From positions 151,175 to 215,174 of the forward strand of contig CAVZSV010000007.1 in the NCBI GenBank assembly GCA_963778115.1: a stretch of DNA of 64,000 nt, given 5' to 3'. Shown here piece after piece: positions 9,458 through 18,981 of this stretch. How positions within the stretch are numbered: the first letter of the stretch is position 1; the number at the start of each line of letters is the position of its first letter. The DNA is from an uncultured delta proteobacterium. GTDB lineage: Bacteria; Bdellovibrionota; FAC87; UBA2466. The notes below the pieces were generated by a model. The model did no database searches. It was given only the letters and a program-made list of their open reading frames with translations, and was not told where the DNA came from. The translations under genes and the position numbers were made by a program.

Positions 9458-11590
9458 ATGCGAACTTTCTCCCATAGAAACCTCCGAAGGTTTATGCGTT
9501 ATCTGCGCACGCTCATACTCCTACCCGCTGTAACTTTAAACAGCGTGAGTTTGGGTGATGAAGTCAATAGCGGGTGGAGCCTGGGCGTCAGCTGTCAGCC
9601 CTCGGGAACCACAAGCTCGGGATCTTTTACCTTCAGTAATGCTTCGATTACCGGATCCGCCGGCACTTGTTCAAGGACTTCGAACCTTTTCACAGAGTTT
9701 ACTCTGGGTTCCTATTCCGGCTCCGGAACTCCCGTAACCACCACGCTCTTTGGTATTCAAACGGGTGACGTTCTTATCGTGCCGCCTATTTTGACCACTG
9801 ATGTTCAACCCATTTTCACCGTGGCAAATGCCACCCCTCAAACCGGAACCTACACCGCGAATTGGATCAAAGTGCAATGGGAAAGCAGTACTGCCACTCT
9901 CACAGATACTTACTTAATAGGCCAGGCCACAGTAAATCCTTCAACTTCGGCCGGGGGCAACGGCGTCGTTCTAACCGGACAATGGGATATCGATGGAACC
10001 AGCTACTGGTCGGGCTCGGTCAACATGCCCGGCACTTGGGGGACGGGTGGGTCTGCGGGAACTTATACCGCAAGTGGGGGAGGATGGGAGCTAGAGGGGA
10101 CGGCCTTTTTTACCGCTATGGGAGCAGGCGTTTTTAAAACGACCCCCGGTAGCGCCACGTTCTTCTTTCCCCAGCAAACTATCACTTTGGCCACACTGGG
10201 CGGAATTACCTATTCAGGTATTATGTTCGATGCTAACCAATCCGGAGACGGCGATGTCAGTGAAGTTCGAGTCGTTAGTAACACTGCCGGGACAAGTTTC
10301 ACCGTCACCCCTTACAGCAACGTCGCTACCAATACGCTTGCTTCGACCTATACCGACACGATCGCTATTACCAACACCAACAGCCCAGCCCAAGGATTTC
10401 TGATTGGGACGGTGACCCGCAGCGGATCGGAAACCGGTACGGGAAACCTCGCCTGTATCGCGAGCACGTTCAATGATAACAGGCTTATCTGCTCGGGGCA
10501 GTCTCCTAACAATAACTCCATTCCGTACAACATTAGCTTTGCCTATACGTCCGGAGTATCCAATTTATATGTCGCCGATACGATGGACAATGTGATCCGG
10601 AAAGTGAACATGAGTTCGGGTATTATCACTACCGTCGTGGGAAATCATACGGGAGGTTCGTCTGGAGACGGAGGGGCCGCAACGTCAGCCGAACTCTACA
10701 AGCCTTATATGATTGCCCTAGACAGCGTCGGAAATCTCTATATCGCTGACACCGGTAACGATACCATTAGAGAAGTCAGTGCCAGCTCCGGCATCATCAC
10801 TAGAATCGCGGGCACCGTGGGCTCCGCCGCCTATAGCGGCGATGGATCACAAGCGACACTAGCGAAATTAAGTTCTCCTTACGGCGTCGCGGTGGACACT
10901 TCGGGAAATGTTTTCATCGCTGACACTGGAAATAATGTTATTCGAAAAGTAACATCGAGTTCGGGAGTCATCTCGACCGTCGCCGGTACGGGAACCGCTT
11001 CCTACACGGGAGACGGTGGGCAAGCTACCGTGGCCACTCTTTCCAATCCCTATGGAGTTACCGTAGATGGATCGGGAAACATTTATATAGCAGACACCGG
11101 AAATCAAGCGGTTCGTAAAGTAAGCGCAAGCACGGGAGTCATTTCGACAATCGCGGGTGGCTACTCAGGATACGGCTATTCAGGGGACGGAGGTCAAGCG
11201 ACACTGGCACAAATTAGTAACGTGTACGGAGTTACCCTGGACGGCTCCGGAAACTTGTACCTCTCCGATGCGGGAGATTATGCCGTTCGAAAAGTTGCCA
11301 CTAACGGCATCATTACCACGGTAGCTGGCGGCCATGGCTACGGCTACACCGGCGACGGCGGACAAGCCACTGCAGCCGAAGTAGGTGGAGTATGGAACGT
11401 AGCGGTGGATAGTAGCGGAAATCTCTATTGCCCGACGGGTTCTACAGATACTGTCCGACTGGTAACCGCTTCCACAGGCATCATAACCACCATGATCGGG
11501 GTTAATGGAACCGCCACCTATTCAGGAGACGGAGGGCAAGCCACTTTGGCAAGACTGAACTGGACCTTCGGTGTCGCCCTGGGACCGTAA
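9458..11590 (+). CDS. secreted NHL-repeat beta-propeller protein with Thr/Ser/Gly-rich N-terminal region
   Basis: ORF track; signal peptide; six about 56-aa repeats of the form YGVAVDTSGNVFIADTGNNVIRKV...SGDGGQAT. Confidence 0.75.
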   Translation: MRTFSHRNLRRFMRYLRTLILLPAVTLNSVSLGDEVNSGWSLGVSCQPSGTTSSGSFTFSNASITGSAGTCSRTSNLFTEFTLGSYSGSGTPVTTTLFGIQTGDVLIVPPILTTDVQPIFTVANATPQTGTYTANWIKVQWESSTATLTDTYLIGQATVNPSTSAGGNGVVLTGQWDIDGTSYWSGSVNMPGTWGTGGSAGTYTASGGGWELEGTAFFTAMGAGVFKTTPGSATFFFPQQTITLATLGGITYSGIMFDANQSGDGDVSEVRVVSNTAGTSFTVTPYSNVATNTLASTYTDTIAITNTNSPAQGFLIGTVTRSGSETGTGNLACIASTFNDNRLICSGQSPNNNSIPYNISFAYTSGVSNLYVADTMDNVIRKVNMSSGIITTVVGNHTGGSSGDGGAATSAELYKPYMIALDSVGNLYIADTGNDTIREVSASSGIITRIAGTVGSAAYSGDGSQATLAKLSSPYGVAVDTSGNVFIADTGNNVIRKVTSSSGVISTVAGTGTASYTGDGGQATVATLSNPYGVTVDGSGNIYIADTGNQAVRKVSASTGVISTIAGGYSGYGYSGDGGQATLAQISNVYGVTLDGSGNLYLSDAGDYAVRKVATNGIITTVAGGHGYGYTGDGGQATAAEVGGVWNVAVDSSGNLYCPTGSTDTVRLVTASTGIITTMIGVNGTATYSGDGGQATLARLNWTFGVALGP
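10560..11570 (+). repeat. six tandem about 168-bp coding repeats (NHL blades)
   Basis: periodicity seen in the translation of 9458..11590; boundaries approximate. Confidence 0.6.
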
Positions 11591-11692
11591 ACGCCGGTTG
11601 CTAGCGAAAACCCTGACTTTCCTTTAGAATGGAATCAGGAGTCGATCGACTCTCTCCTTCTTTATTCTTTTACCCATTCCAAAGGACCCCTT

Positions 11693-12793
11693 ATGCAGCC
11701 GACGCGGAAAATCGTGCTTTCCCAGTTAGGATGTGGTTATTGGGGGCCAAATCTTCTACGAAATTTTTCAGGTCAATCCAATTGCTGGGTGAAATGGGTA
11801 GCGGATCCTTTGGCGCAACGCCGTGCTTATGTGGAAGAGAACTTTCCCAAGACAAAAACCACCACCGACTGGAAGATGGTACTCGCTGATATCGAAGTCG
11901 ACGGAGTTATCATCGCAACGGCCGCAAGCAGCCATTATGAACTTGCCAAGGCGGCTCTCCTCGCTGGAAAGCACGTTTTTGTCGAAAAGCCTTTGGCCAC
12001 CAAGACCACGGAAGCCGACGAGTTAGTGTCCCTCGCCGCCAAACACAATAAAACGCTCATGGTGGGACATACCTTTCTTTACAATCCTGCGGTCCGTTTT
12101 CTCAAAGGGCTTTTGCAACGAGGCGATTTAGGGCAACTCTATTACATCTATAGCCAGCGGCTGAATTTGGGCCAAGTGCGATCCGACGTCAACGTATGGT
12201 GGAACCTAGCCCCTCACGATGTCAGCATTCTGCTCTATTTGATGGATGGTGTGCTCCCCACCTCGGTAAGCGCTCAAGGGATGGACTATATTCAAGAAGG
12301 AATTGAAGACACGGCGTTCGTCGTCTTGAAATGGGCCAACCGTATAGCAGCGCACATTCACGTCAGTTGGCTCGACCCGGGAAAAGTGCGAAAGATGACT
12401 TTGGTGGGAAGTCGAAAGATGGTCGTCTACGACGATGTTCATGATGACAAAATAGCGATTTTCAATAAAGGCATCGATCGGGTTCCGGTTGCCGGAGAAA
12501 CGATGGATTACGATCACTTTAATAAGTACCAGCTCCTTCACCGGGCGGGCGACGTATGGCTTCCTCGCATCGACTTCAAAGAACCGCTTAAGATCGAAGC
12601 GATGCACTTTTTGGAATGCGTCCAGACGGGGCAGTCCCCGGTTACGGGACCTTCACATGCTAGAGACGTCGTCGCAATTCTGGAGGCAGGGCAGCATGCC
12701 CTTAAGAGTGGCAATACCATATCGTTATCCTCTTCGGCCGCTTCATCTATCCCGGGGGAATTGCCGCAGCGCCCTTTGAGCGGAACCGCTTAG
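11693..12793 (+). CDS. Gfo/Idh/MocA-family NAD(P)-dependent oxidoreductase
   Basis: ORF track; N-terminal Rossmann block LGCGYWGPN and the family's EKPLA motif. Confidence 0.85.
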   Translation: MQPTRKIVLSQLGCGYWGPNLLRNFSGQSNCWVKWVADPLAQRRAYVEENFPKTKTTTDWKMVLADIEVDGVIIATAASSHYELAKAALLAGKHVFVEKPLATKTTEADELVSLAAKHNKTLMVGHTFLYNPAVRFLKGLLQRGDLGQLYYIYSQRLNLGQVRSDVNVWWNLAPHDVSILLYLMDGVLPTSVSAQGMDYIQEGIEDTAFVVLKWANRIAAHIHVSWLDPGKVRKMTLVGSRKMVVYDDVHDDKIAIFNKGIDRVPVAGETMDYDHFNKYQLLHRAGDVWLPRIDFKEPLKIEAMHFLECVQTGQSPVTGPSHARDVVAILEAGQHALKSGNTISLSSSAASSIPGELPQRPLSGTA

Positions 12794-12872
12794 GCAGTAT
12801 CCTGAAATAGGAAGTATTTCTCTATTCCCTCTTTCCCAGTCATTCCCTTCAAACCCCATTCTGGTGATCTAA

Positions 12873-13934
12873 ATGTACCGCAACGCCAAGATTGCGCTTG
12901 TTATCCCCGCTTATCGTGAACAGAAACTGATCTCTCGAACGCTTGCACAGGTACCGGCACTTATCGATAAGATCTACGTCGTGGATGACTTTAGTCCTGA
13001 CAATCAGAATCTCGTCGTAACGGAAATCGCGAAACGGGATCCCCGCGTGACATTGCTCAAACACGAAGTCAATCAGGGGCCTGGCGGAGCCATCATCACC
13101 GGATACCGTCAGAGTAGTCGTGACGGCTACGATATTAGTGTGGTTATCGGTGGAGATCACCAAATGGATCTCTCCGAAGTAACCCATTTTCTAGATCCCA
13201 TCATTGACGGTGAAGCCGATTACACCAAAGGCAATCGCTTCGTGATTGAGAAGTTTGAAGAGACAGTAAGCCGCATGCCCAAGATACGGTTCGTAGGAAA
13301 TTGGATTATCACTGCGCTTACCAAGCTAGCATCGGGTTATTTTAATGTCATGGACGTCGTCGACGGTTACACGGCGGTTAGCAAAAGAGTTATAGATATC
13401 GTCGATTGGTCGCGTGCTTGGAAAAGATACGGGTATCCGATGGATTTTCTTATCCGGCTCAACGCCTACGGTTTTCGGGTCACCGATGTTCCTCGCACGT
13501 CAATCTATTTGCCGGGGGAGCGTCAGTCACAAATTAAAGGCGCGAGTTACGCCATGAAGGTAACCCCCATGCTGTTCCGAGCGTTCTTTTGGCGGTTACG
13601 CTTTAAATATATGTATCTCGATTTTCACCCTTTGGTATTTTTCTACTTCTTGGCATTCACTCTCTTGCCCGCTGGATTTGCGTTGGGTGGTTATTTGGTG
13701 GAAAACAAACTTTTCTCCGATGGTACCCAGGTCACAGCGCCGAAAGCCATTCTCGTGGCACTGATACTTCTGTCTGGATTTCAATCGATGTTATTTGCGA
13801 TGCTATTTGACCGAGAGACTTCCAAAGAGGCCGCCGCTCGCACGGTCCGCTATCGACCGGGCATGGTACCTTCCATGGATAGTCTTCCGAATAGAAATAT
13901 CGTATCCCCACCCTCGACTCAGGGGCTTGCCTGA
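12873..13934 (+). CDS. family 2 glycosyltransferase (polyprenyl-phosphate sugar transferase-like) with C-terminal TM helices
   Basis: ORF track; IALVIPAYRE start, VVDDFSPDN motif, hydrophobic C-terminal segments. Confidence 0.8.
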   Translation: MYRNAKIALVIPAYREQKLISRTLAQVPALIDKIYVVDDFSPDNQNLVVTEIAKRDPRVTLLKHEVNQGPGGAIITGYRQSSRDGYDISVVIGGDHQMDLSEVTHFLDPIIDGEADYTKGNRFVIEKFEETVSRMPKIRFVGNWIITALTKLASGYFNVMDVVDGYTAVSKRVIDIVDWSRAWKRYGYPMDFLIRLNAYGFRVTDVPRTSIYLPGERQSQIKGASYAMKVTPMLFRAFFWRLRFKYMYLDFHPLVFFYFLAFTLLPAGFALGGYLVENKLFSDGTQVTAPKAILVALILLSGFQSMLFAMLFDRETSKEAAARTVRYRPGMVPSMDSLPNRNIVSPPSTQGLA

Positions 13935-15199
13935 GCCAGTTTACGGTTTCTGTCGTCAACTAAGCCTGACAAAATCGAAGTGGTCTGTATCATCCTTCCA
14001 AGCGCCAGTCTTGAAACACAAAGATACCCTTTTGAATTGGCATCCGAGCCCCAGCTGTTTTGAATCACAACGCATTCGTTTACGTCGTTAATCTGCATCA
14101 AGTGATCAAATTGAGAACACATTTGAGATCTCGGAATTTTTCCATCGCAGTATCCTACGGCTACCATCGCATGGGACTCATCGGTCCCCTCTCCTTCCGG
14201 CAGCAATTGTTCGGTACCTATTAAACGATAGTTACGAAATGCCCCTCTTACTAAACCCGGATTGAGCGCAAGTTGTACGGGCCGACTCTGATCCAATTGG
14301 TCTAGAATGAGCTCGTATATCAAATGAGGTTCGGTTTTGGCAAACGTCGTCGAAAACCCCGCATCCTTCAATCGGCTCTCCATGGCCTTTTCCAGATCAG
14401 CACCGGAATCCATACGTAGCTTTGCCGGAGCCTCCTGCGAAGGAACGACTTTAGTCTTCTCTGAATAAGTATTTCGGAGAGGTTCGAAATCATGAAAATT
14501 AATTCGAATCACATTATCGAGGTAGGAGACTCCCGTGAAACTCGAACGGGAACTCTTATGGAGGAAGTCTTCATCCAAAATGGAATCGGCCACATCCACG
14601 TCAAAGAGGCCCATGTGCTTATCACGCCAGGCGGGTACGGGCCAAAGGACACGATTCTCGTGGAAGGAGCGTGACCCCTGAGGTATCGCGCCATATTTCG
14701 ACACCACGTAGTTTAGCCATAAAGCCCGCGATCCATGACTACCGCTACCAACCTCTCTATTGTAGGCCACCGCCAAATAAGCCGGATCGATAGGAGGAAC
14801 GGAAGACATCCGGGGCTCGTCATTACTTTGCTTTCCCCAAAGCTCCAGAAATGAACTCATCGCAAACAACCCGCAGAACGGGTAATGCGTCTGATCGTGA
14901 ACGCCCCTGGTTTCCCGGAGCACTCGGTCCTCAGCAAACTGAGAAACCTCGTGACTCCCCTCTTGCCCGGATACGGCAGCCAGCTCCACGTCCCCCATCG
15001 CCGGCCGCGAAAACCCCCACCCAATTATCGTTACCCAGATTAGGGTCCAACCCCGGCCCCTATGACTCCCGAACGCGCGTTTCCCCAAAAACGCCCCCAG
15101 AGAAATCCCCCCAGAATCCCCCACGAAGTACCCCCGTCCCTTTTCTGCCCCGAAATCATCCCCCAAAAATCCATGAAGCACACCTCGGACGGTCCGCAA
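13919..15199 (-). CDS. papain-fold (clan CA) cysteine peptidase-like protein; start uncertain (alternative ATG at 14998)
   Basis: ORF track; blocks HAMVAVGY and NSWG resemble papain-family His and Asn regions, candidate Cys in YPFCGLFAMSS; 16-nt convergent overlap with the GT2 gene. Confidence 0.5.
   Translation of the reverse strand: MRTVRGVLHGFLGDDFGAEKGRGYFVGDSGGISLGAFLGKRAFGSHRGRGWTLIWVTIIGWGFSRPAMGDVELAAVSGQEGSHEVSQFAEDRVLRETRGVHDQTHYPFCGLFAMSSFLELWGKQSNDEPRMSSVPPIDPAYLAVAYNREVGSGSHGSRALWLNYVVSKYGAIPQGSRSFHENRVLWPVPAWRDKHMGLFDVDVADSILDEDFLHKSSRSSFTGVSYLDNVIRINFHDFEPLRNTYSEKTKVVPSQEAPAKLRMDSGADLEKAMESRLKDAGFSTTFAKTEPHLIYELILDQLDQSRPVQLALNPGLVRGAFRNYRLIGTEQLLPEGEGTDESHAMVAVGYCDGKIPRSQMCSQFDHLMQINDVNECVVIQNSWGSDANSKGYLCVSRLALGRMIQTTSILSGLVDDRNRKLAQASP
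14990..15170. other. C-rich (plus strand) / G-tract (minus strand) low-complexity segment
   Basis: at least seven runs of four to six C within about 175 bp; encodes a Gly-rich stretch in the minus frame and a Pro-rich stretch in the plus frame. Confidence 0.5.
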
Positions 15200-15416
15200 G
15201 TTCCAACCATTCCCAGACTTGCGGAAGATACGATCAGGACACCAGCCGATGGTGCTTGAAGCCCCTTGCGGGTCTTCTTTCCCCAGATTTTCTTAGTTGC
15301 TGCCTTGATTTCTGGATAACGAAATGGCTGACGCGCGTCAATGCTGATTTTACAGGAAGGTAAGTTTTAGTTTTTAGGGTGAGGAATCAAACACTTGCAG
15401 ATCGCAATGCTCTGCA

Positions 15417-16463
15417 TTAGTATTCCGTCGCGGTCACGGCAGAAGGGTTTGCTAAAGCCGACAAAACATCGATTCCGGCCTGCTGACACGCCTTACTTAA
15501 AGCCGCTTTATGAGAAGCTTCCACCAGGGCAATGATACTGCCGCCCTGAGCCGCTCCGCAAACTTTCGCTCCATACACTTTTTTACTGTGGAGAAATTCT
15601 AAGATCTCTTCTAATCGCTTCGTTTCAACATGAAGGGTGTCTCGTCGAATATTCCACTCTTCGGTTAAATATTGTCCGATATGTTTCCAGCTGAGGTGTC
15701 CTCTCAACTCCTGATCAAGTTGATCGGCTAGTAATCGAATTTTCTCCAATCCGTTTAAAATGCCTTTGTCTCCTCCAATAGCTTGTTTGGTGAGCTCCCA
15801 ATTGGAAAGTCCACTACTGTGCATCTCGCCGGAAAAAAGAACGACCATCCGCTCGGAAAGCGCTTCGAGCACCCCGTCGGGATATTTGACCGCTTCAATT
15901 CCACCGATACGAGAGACGTAACACTTAAGCCCGCCAAAAAGTGACGCCAAATAATCTTGGGTGCCCGTGGGAATTCTTAGAAAACCAGCTTCACAGTCTT
16001 TAACCCAATTCAACATTTGCCATTGCCAACCCTGCTCCGTGAAATCATCGAAAACTCTGGCCATGCCTCGTACGATGGCTACACAAAGAGCCGAAGATCC
16101 TCCCAATCCACTACGAACAGGGGCTTCCGATCGGAGCGACATATGAATTTCTATCGGAGGAAGTTCGGATTTCGACGAGAGATAGGTGCTCACGACGTAA
16201 ACGGGAAATTGAAGGGAGGCGGGTAACTTTTGAATCTCTTTGCGATCGAGAGGAGCTTCAAACCGATGGGTTTCGATTCCTGTCGACTGGATTTCGATTT
16301 TAAAAGCCGTTGAAGGCGTTACCTCAAACTGGGCTATCGCCGAAAGGTTAAGGGCGACATTAATCGTTTTTGCCTCACCGGAAAGACAATAGAGCGGCCA
16401 AATATCCAAAGTACCGCCGGCCAGATCTACGCGTGTCGGAGAATAGACTTTAAATCTTTGCAT
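15417..16463 (-). CDS. GHMP-family sugar kinase (heptose-7-phosphate kinase / fucokinase-like)
   Basis: ORF track; N-terminal RVDLAGGTLD and GHMP motif SGLGGSSALCVAI. Confidence 0.8.
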   Translation of the reverse strand: MQRFKVYSPTRVDLAGGTLDIWPLYCLSGEAKTINVALNLSAIAQFEVTPSTAFKIEIQSTGIETHRFEAPLDRKEIQKLPASLQFPVYVVSTYLSSKSELPPIEIHMSLRSEAPVRSGLGGSSALCVAIVRGMARVFDDFTEQGWQWQMLNWVKDCEAGFLRIPTGTQDYLASLFGGLKCYVSRIGGIEAVKYPDGVLEALSERMVVLFSGEMHSSGLSNWELTKQAIGGDKGILNGLEKIRLLADQLDQELRGHLSWKHIGQYLTEEWNIRRDTLHVETKRLEEILEFLHSKKVYGAKVCGAAQGGSIIALVEASHKAALSKACQQAGIDVLSALANPSAVTATEY

Positions 16464-16472
16464 GAAGATCCT

Positions 16473-16763
16473 CTAATCGAACTCAACAACGGTTTCGTTT
16501 TTTCGAACGTATCCTAGAGACTGGCGAACCATTCGTTCCTGTTCCATGGGATTAGATCTAAAGACTTCCAACTGCCGCTGAAGTAGCTGGCGGCTTCCCA
16601 TGGCTTGGTCCAAACGGCTTTGCACTTCTTGGTTCTGGCGGCGCATGCGACGAAGATCGAGTAAACCGCGCCTAGAAAAAATTCCCATTAGACAAAGGCT
16701 CACCAACCCAATGAGGAGAGGCAGCCGAACAAAGTATACATAAGAATTTTGAGCGTTATTCAT
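16473..16763 (-). CDS. ftsB: septum formation initiator (FtsB/DivIC family)
   Basis: ORF track; single TM, coiled-coil, conserved LGYVRKNE block. Confidence 0.7.
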   Translation of the reverse strand: MNNAQNSYVYFVRLPLLIGLVSLCLMGIFSRRGLLDLRRMRRQNQEVQSRLDQAMGSRQLLQRQLEVFRSNPMEQERMVRQSLGYVRKNETVVEFD

Positions 16764-16861
16764 GTGAAGTCAAACCGACAGAAGAGGGATTACTTTGGAA
16801 TAAGGTTTTACTGAAGGGTCTGGCAAAAATAACGGCACGACTTCGGGCGATGGTTCGCCGA

Positions 16862-18307
16862 TTAAATCTGATGAACTTTGATTGTGTTGGTTGAGCCGTG
16901 GGCCAAACGCGGAAGTCCTGCAGTTATTACTATTCTATCGCCTGTTCCACAAAGATTCAAACCCAGAAGTCGCTGGCCTATGGCTTCGAAGACGGCGGTC
17001 TGCGCAATTAACGCTTCCATGTCTTCCATGAATAGGGGCTCTACCCCCCAATTCAAGGAAAGCTGGCGATAGGTTTCAAGACTTCCCGTGATAGCGATCA
17101 CCCGATTCTTAGGCCTGCACTTGGCCACTAGCGTTGCCGAACTTCCCGATTGGGTAATTACGACCATGGAGCGGGCCGCCAAGATAGAAGCTAGACGCAC
17201 TGCGCTTTGCAAGAGCGCGATCGCAAGAGCCCCACTCGTCGATAACTGCCATTCGTTGAAAAGGATGGGCTGTACCAACGCTTCAGACTCCATCTCGGAA
17301 ATGATGCGACTCATCATCTGAACGGTTTCCAAAGGATACTTTCCGATCGTCGTTTCGTTGGAAAGCATAAGCGCGTCGGCACCGTCGACAACGGCATTAG
17401 CGACATCCGAAGCTTCGGCACGAGAAGGTCTGGGGTTTTCGATCATGGACATAAGCATCTGGGTGGCGATAATGACGACCTTCCCTCGCAGATTACTCTT
17501 ACGCACAATTTTCTTCTGCATCACGGGCACGCGCTCATTACCCACTTCGACGGCAAGATCGCCACGCGCTACCAAAATACCATCGGAAGCGTCGATGATC
17601 TCTTCTAGATGAGTCAGCGCGTCTCGTTTTTCGATCTTAGCCAAGACCATCGTGCGCTTATTTCTCGATTCGATAAAATGTTTGAGATGTCGGACCTCTT
17701 GAGCGGTTCTTACAAAAGACATCGCTATAAAATCGACACCTTGGTCCAGACAAAAAAGAATATCGTCGTAATCTTGCTCGGTAATACTAGGAGTGGAAAA
17801 CGAAGCTTCGGGAACGTTGACCCCCTTATTATTATAGAGAGTTCCGCCGTCGATGACTCGACACTTTAGATAGTTTCCCTGCCGCTCCAGGACTCGAAAG
17901 GCCAGTAAGCCGTCATCCAAGAGTACCGTGTACCCCGGCCCCACATCCTTGACGAAATCACGATAACCGATGGGAATGGTGATCCGACCGTCGACGACGC
18001 CCCCTTCGATAGGGTCAGAGGTGACATAGACCTCATCGTCCGTCTTAAGTTCGATCTGCCCGCCCTTTAGTTTCGCAACACGCATCTTAGGGCCTTGGAT
18101 GTCTCCCATGATGCCGATGGGCCTTCCAATGGAAAGCTCGATAGCTCTCAGTTCTTGTATGATTCTTGAGAAGTTAGCGTGATTTCCATGCGAGAAGTTT
18201 AGCCGGGCGACATCCATACCCTCATCCGCTAACCTTCGTAACATCTCCTTGGATTCGACCGCCGGGCCAATCGTACAGACTATCTTTGCTCGTCGCTTAA
18301 CTGCCAT
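16862..18307 (-). CDS. pyk: pyruvate kinase
   Basis: ORF track; AKIVCTIGPA...NFSHG N-terminal signature and full-length fit. Confidence 0.92.
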   Translation of the reverse strand: MAVKRRAKIVCTIGPAVESKEMLRRLADEGMDVARLNFSHGNHANFSRIIQELRAIELSIGRPIGIMGDIQGPKMRVAKLKGGQIELKTDDEVYVTSDPIEGGVVDGRITIPIGYRDFVKDVGPGYTVLLDDGLLAFRVLERQGNYLKCRVIDGGTLYNNKGVNVPEASFSTPSITEQDYDDILFCLDQGVDFIAMSFVRTAQEVRHLKHFIESRNKRTMVLAKIEKRDALTHLEEIIDASDGILVARGDLAVEVGNERVPVMQKKIVRKSNLRGKVVIIATQMLMSMIENPRPSRAEASDVANAVVDGADALMLSNETTIGKYPLETVQMMSRIISEMESEALVQPILFNEWQLSTSGALAIALLQSAVRLASILAARSMVVITQSGSSATLVAKCRPKNRVIAITGSLETYRQLSLNWGVEPLFMEDMEALIAQTAVFEAIGQRLLGLNLCGTGDRIVITAGLPRLAHGSTNTIKVHQI

Positions 18308-18350
18308 AGCCCGCTACCCTACTGCGAGGATTGGAAGCTGTAAACAATGG

Positions 18351-18830
18351 TTATTGAAGGAAGAAAGAGGCGAAGTGGATGTCCCTAACAATGGGACTGT
18401 GAAGGAAGGTATTCATTCGCGAGATTAATCGCTCTTTGAAATAAAGCTTACCGGAAAGGGTGTTCAGCCGATCTAGCGATTCTGCTCGAATCGTTCCGAT
18501 GACTACGTCCTTAAGACCCGCTTCACTACGCTCAATGGTGGATCTGCCGTCTTCGTCAAAGAGTTCCAACTCCATTTTTAAGTTTAAAGAATGGATCCGC
18601 GACGTGTCGTTCGAACGGACGTCGGTCAGAATGCCTTCCAGACTTACTAACGTCGGAGTCAATGAATCCGTGGGCTTCCCCTGAGCGATCGCCGTAATAG
18701 CTCGCCCTTCTTTAAGTGCCATCGGGTTCCTATCCATGGAGAGGTTGCGCAATCCCCAAAGAAAGAAGGCGGACATAAGTGTCCCCACGAGTGCCAGCGA
18801 AACCGCAGCGATTCTGGGAAGAGTGAAAGT
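18351..18830 (-). CDS. fliL: FliL-family flagellar basal-body-associated protein (start at internal ATG)
   Basis: ORF track 18351..18854; single N-terminal TM; C-terminus IVRDIHFASFFLQ matches the FliL-type ending. Confidence 0.6.
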   Translation of the reverse strand, partial: TFTLPRIAAVSLALVGTLMSAFFLWGLRNLSMDRNPMALKEGRAITAIAQGKPTDSLTPTLVSLEGILTDVRSNDTSRIHSLNLKMELELFDEDGRSTIERSEAGLKDVVIGTIRAESLDRLNTLSGKLYFKERLISRMNTFLHSPIVRDIHFASFFLQ

Positions 18831-18981
18831 CATGGCCTCCTCATACCCTCCCATTATAACTATTTTTTACGCGTCGAGTTAGATTGGGGCGAAATCATCA
18901 AATTTGGTTTAGGTGCGTGCTTACTAGTCTGTTAAAATAGTTAAGTAATCCCAAACGCTAGAAAACTTCCCTCCACCATCC

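Noticed and set aside
10560-11570. Possible CRISPR array suggested by regular repeats
   Set aside because: Periodicity is 168 bp, imperfect and inside an intact ORF; these are coding NHL repeats. The same applies to the 300-bp repeats at 51276..52490.
14851-15363. Pro-rich plus-strand ORF (170 aa) and nested 15062..15259
   Set aside because: Product of translating the C-tract region; low complexity; lies opposite or upstream of the papain-like gene; no Shine-Dalgarno.
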